From: Myxococcota bacterium | GTDB lineage: Bacteria; Myxococcota; SpSt-1050 | DNA length: 20,432 bases | Direction: 5' to 3' | Assembly: GCA_049969675.1 (NCBI GenBank) | Contig: JBMFOP010000058.1 | Coordinates: forward strand, 1-20,432 | In this document: positions 17,755 through 20,432 of the stretch, in pieces | How positions within the stretch are numbered: position 1 is the stretch's first letter | Layout: each line of letters starts with the position of its first letter | Made by a program: the position numbers and the translations under genes | Notes under the pieces: model-generated | What the model was told of the DNA's origin: nothing | Database searches by the model: none | What the model saw: only the letters and a program-made list of their open reading frames with translations

Positions 17755-18006
17755 TCACTTATTTAAATTATCCTCATCCTGTTCTGCACCCTCCTCCGCC
17801 CTCTCAGGACCAAATACCTTATCTCTATCCGACAACTTCAGTCCCAGCGCAAGAATAATCTTTCTCTTTGTATCCACCCTGCAGTCCATCCCATTCTCAA
17901 TTCTATCAATGGTAATCGGGGATACGCCGGCTCTTCTCGCCAGTTCTGATTTGCTAATCATCAACTCTTCTCTAATTTTTGTCAAATTGTTCTTTCTTCT
18001 CTTCAT
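17755..18006 (-). CDS. XRE/Cro-family helix-turn-helix regulator heading the pilMNOPQ operon
   Basis: IREELMISKSELARRAGVSPITIDRIENG is an HTH_3-type motif; 7-nt gap to pilM. ATG 18006 preferred (GAGG upstream), ATG 18027 possible. Confidence 0.88.
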   Translation of the reverse strand: MKRRKNNLTKIREELMISKSELARRAGVSPITIDRIENGMDCRVDTKRKIILALGLKLSDRDKVFGPERAEEGAEQDEDNLNK

Positions 18007-18036
18007 AGGTATCCAACCTCTTATCATACAAGTCTA

Positions 18037-18065
18037 CTTATAAAACGGATTTGATATCTCGTCAA
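18037..18065 (-). promoter_or_regulatory. Sigma70-type promoter for HTH-pilMNOPQ
   Basis: TTGACG (18065-18060), 17-nt spacer, TATAAG (18042-18037). Confidence 0.55.
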
Positions 18066-18175
18066 ATTTTTGGCAATTTTGCATAATTATAATTAATTGT
18101 CAATCAATTAAACGATTTATCCCAAACTGATTAGATAAATATATCAGTGTTGTCATAAAAAATCAACCAGATAAA

Positions 18176-18203
18176 TTGACAAAATGCAGATAGTACATAA
18201 TTT
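18176..18203 (+). promoter_or_regulatory. Possible sigma70-type promoter for msrBA
   Basis: TTGACA (18176-18181), 16-nt spacer, TAATTT (18198-18203). Confidence 0.4.
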
Positions 18204-18221
18204 TCTGGTGAGGGTCTGCAT

Positions 18222-19169
18222 ATGAAAAAGTCTATAAAACCAATTTTACTACTCTTTTTAATAGTAATTATACATATTTTAGTTATTACTCTTGGAGGTA
18301 ATTCTATGGCTGATCAGAAATACAACAAACTTACGCCCGAAGAGGAGTGGATAATAGTCCATAAAGGAACCGAGATACCCTTTACAGGGAAGTATTACAA
18401 ATTTAATGAGAAAGGCATATACCACTGCAGGAGGTGTGGCGCCCCGTTATACAGGTCGGAGGATAAATTTGATGCTGGGTGCGGCTGGCCCTCATTTGAT
18501 GATGAGATTCCAGGTGCAATTAAGCGGCAGAAGGAGACAGATGGGGTCAGAACAGAGATACTCTGTGCAAGATGTGGCGCCCATCTTGGGCATATCTTTG
18601 AAGGAGAGGGACTTACACCAAAAGATGTAAGACATTGTGTCAATTCAATCTCACTTACATTTACACCTTACAGAGAGGAGAAGAGAGATATGAAAAAGGC
18701 ATATTTTGCAGGGGGCTGCTTCTGGGGAGTAGAATATCTCTTTGAAAAGAAGAAAGGGGTGATTGATGTCGTTTCAGGATATATGGGAGGGAAGAAGAAG
18801 AATCCAACCTATGAAGAGGTCTGCTCACACACCACCGGACACAGAGAGGTAGTTGAGGTCACATATAATCCAGAAGAGGTCAGTTATGAGGAGCTTGCAA
18901 AGTACTTCTTTGAGATTCATGACCCCACACAGACAGATGGACAGGGCCCAGATATAGGAGAACAGTATAAATCTACAATATTTTTCAATGATGAGTATGA
19001 AAAAGATATCGCTCAAAAACTGATAGACATACTTAAAAAGAAGGGGTACAATGTAAGCACCGAACTTCTCCCCGCACAGGAATTTTACAGAGCAGAAGAC
19101 TACCACCAGGACTACTACACAAAACACAAAAAAGAACCATACTGCCACATATACAGAAAGAGGTTCTAA
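18222..19169 (+). CDS. msrAB: Bifunctional methionine sulfoxide reductase, MsrB-MsrA fusion
   Basis: MsrB: GTEIPFTG, CRRC/CARC zinc ligands, KFDAGCGWPSF, HLGHIF, RHCVNS. MsrA: FAGGCFWG, GYMGG, HDPTQ, QGPDIGEQY, AEDYHQDY. Alternative start at ATG 18306. Confidence 0.95.
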   Translation: MKKSIKPILLLFLIVIIHILVITLGGNSMADQKYNKLTPEEEWIIVHKGTEIPFTGKYYKFNEKGIYHCRRCGAPLYRSEDKFDAGCGWPSFDDEIPGAIKRQKETDGVRTEILCARCGAHLGHIFEGEGLTPKDVRHCVNSISLTFTPYREEKRDMKKAYFAGGCFWGVEYLFEKKKGVIDVVSGYMGGKKKNPTYEEVCSHTTGHREVVEVTYNPEEVSYEELAKYFFEIHDPTQTDGQGPDIGEQYKSTIFFNDEYEKDIAQKLIDILKKKGYNVSTELLPAQEFYRAEDYHQDYYTKHKKEPYCHIYRKRF

Positions 19170-19186
19170 TTCCAATTTGACAACAA

Positions 19187-19364
19187 GAATCACTGCTTTC
19201 CAGAATAATCTGATTTGAGAAGTTAACTGTTTGTAAAATAAGGATTTGTCCAAAAATGCTGCTATACTTTATTCATAGGAAGCCAGCCTTCTGTGTTTCT
19301 ATTTGAAAAAATAATTTTACCATACCGATTCTCCCATATTAAAAAATTACCCTGGACAGATGTG
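19187..19364 (+). repeat. Dispersed intergenic element copy B (MITE/REP-like)
   Basis: 61-nt left block 54/61 identical to copy A. The right end ATTACCCTGGACAGATGTG (19346-19364) is an imperfect inverted repeat of the left-end consensus CACTGCTGTCCAGAGTAAT (16/19). Confidence 0.8.
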
Positions 19365-19424
19365 GCACCATCATATTCCTTAAAAATTGTGAAGTTATGG
19401 ACCAATTATGTTGTCAATCCGAAT

Positions 19425-19931
19425 TTAATTGAATTCAAATCCATCGCATAGGGTATCACAGGGGAATTTTGCATTGCACTGGGCTATACACCCTTTATAT
19501 GCCTCATCTGAATCTTTTGGACAGTCCTTAACACATTGCTTTTTGGCTTCGTTGCAGTTATCCGTTCCATTTCTCATCAGGCAGGTATTAATATATGTGT
19601 CCCCATATTTATCAAGGAGCTGACTCTGAATAGAGCACTGTTGTAACACCTTCTTCTGCTCCGGGACACTCTCATCCAGTTGTGATAGACTTTTTAAAAA
19701 TCTATCGCACTCAATCTTCTCATAATCTGTAAAATCAGACCTTTTGTTTTTGATACAGTTGCACTCCAGGACCTTCTGTTGATAATAATACTCCTCAGGC
19801 TCATTAAAATAACTCTTGTTGGAACAGAGATTATCGTAGTAAGATTCACAGGCATTCTTATCTTCCGAACAATTTGCAAAGATAAGTAACACCATAATTC
19901 CTGATAGCAGAATCAAAGTCAATCTTCTCAT
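19425..19931 (-). CDS. Cys-rich hypothetical lipoprotein
   Basis: Signal peptide ending IFANC; 14 further Cys including CxxxC pairs; AAGGAGG RBS. Confidence 0.8.
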   Translation of the reverse strand: MRRLTLILLSGIMVLLIFANCSEDKNACESYYDNLCSNKSYFNEPEEYYYQQKVLECNCIKNKRSDFTDYEKIECDRFLKSLSQLDESVPEQKKVLQQCSIQSQLLDKYGDTYINTCLMRNGTDNCNEAKKQCVKDCPKDSDEAYKGCIAQCNAKFPCDTLCDGFEFN

Positions 19932-19946
19932 AAAACCCTCCTTATC

Positions 19947-20345
19947 TTATTTGTTTGATTTTAAATTCTGAAGTATCAATGCGGCGAGGGATTTTATCTC
20001 CTGCGTCTTTGAACGTTTCTCTGGTTCAGTCTGTTTTGTATCTAAACCCTGTTCAAAGACTATAAACCCCTCCTCCACATCATAGGCATCATCTCCAATT
20101 ATTATAGAATTTTGCATAATATCCGCCTTCAGGTTTTGAACCTCCTCTTTAGTAAGTACCCTGCCTACCATATTTCTTGCATCCAGTGGATTAATAACAT
20201 TCCTCAGGAAGTAGTATGCCTCTTCAAAATTCCCTACATAAGTCTTTTCGAGCCTTAATACAATATCCCTGTTTGTGATATCTGCAACCCCATCGCTGAC
20301 AAATTTCTCCATCTGCTCCTGTGAGATAAATATTATTCTCTTCAT
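19947..20345 (-). CDS. Conserved hypothetical cytoplasmic protein
   Basis: Tight operon-like spacing with neighbours. The pattern IFISQEQME...EAYYF...MVGRV...SIIIGDDAYDVEEGF resembles an uncharacterised myxobacterial family (from memory, unverified). Confidence 0.75.
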   Translation of the reverse strand: MKRIIFISQEQMEKFVSDGVADITNRDIVLRLEKTYVGNFEEAYYFLRNVINPLDARNMVGRVLTKEEVQNLKADIMQNSIIIGDDAYDVEEGFIVFEQGLDTKQTEPEKRSKTQEIKSLAALILQNLKSNK

Positions 20346-20346
20346 A

Positions 20347-20432
20347 TCAGAACTTTAAATCCTTCAGGTCATCAATCTTTTCAAATGGGTCCTTCTCCTT
20401 CTGCGGCGGACCCTTCTTCTCCTCAATCTTCT
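20347..20432 (-). CDS. 3' end of a gene entering from the right edge (partial)
   Basis: Open frame ...KIEEKKGPPQKEKDPFEKIDDLKDLKF* with TGA at 20349-20347, 1 nt before the next ATG. Confidence 0.65.
   Translation of the reverse strand, partial: KIEEKKGPPQKEKDPFEKIDDLKDLKF

Noticed and set aside
18071..18083. TGGCAATTTTGCA as a sigma54 promoter
   Set aside because: GG and GC are 7 nt apart rather than the required 10, and it points away from the pil operon.
8293..19364. The repeat copies as a CRISPR array or integron attC cassette array
   Set aside because: Copies are kilobases apart with core genes in both orientations between them; no regular spacers, no cas or integrase gene, and no clear RYYYAAC...GTTRRRY ends.
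800..19879. Remaining short ORFs in the track lying antisense or out of frame within long genes (for example 4286-4585, 4681-5031, 14465-14824, 17729-18043, 18825-19253)
   Set aside because: They overlap well-supported genes and have the Ser/Phe/Leu-rich composition typical of shadow frames.

Overview
AT-rich chromosomal window, probably from a Myxococcota/deltaproteobacterial lineage (inferred from the HTH-pilMNOPQ-lipoprotein gene order, a zinc-ribbon membrane protein and DAG-rich linkers). It encodes a thermonuclease-family protein, an archaeal-type phosphoglycerate mutase (apgM), an M4 metallopeptidase lipoprotein, an AmmeMemoRadiSam radical SAM enzyme, a 5'-nucleotidase, a complete type IVa pilus pilMNOPQ operon, an MsrB-MsrA fusion and several hypothetical or lipoprotein genes. 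No rRNA, tRNA, CRISPR array, integrase or transposase was seen. The most interesting signals are not in the ORF track: (1) a minus-strand structured RNA candidate (about 452-545) with a C-rich anti-Shine-Dalgarno loop; (2) a dispersed intergenic element with imperfect terminal inverted repeats, in two near-complete copies and one degenerate copy; (3) a frameshifted nitroreductase pseudogene joined to the 3' remnant of a probable outer-membrane beta-barrel gene; (4) two in-frame starts in msrBA that could give exported and cytoplasmic isoforms; (5) a short Cys-containing C-terminal tag on the M4 peptidase. All calls come from reading the sequence by eye, with no database search.
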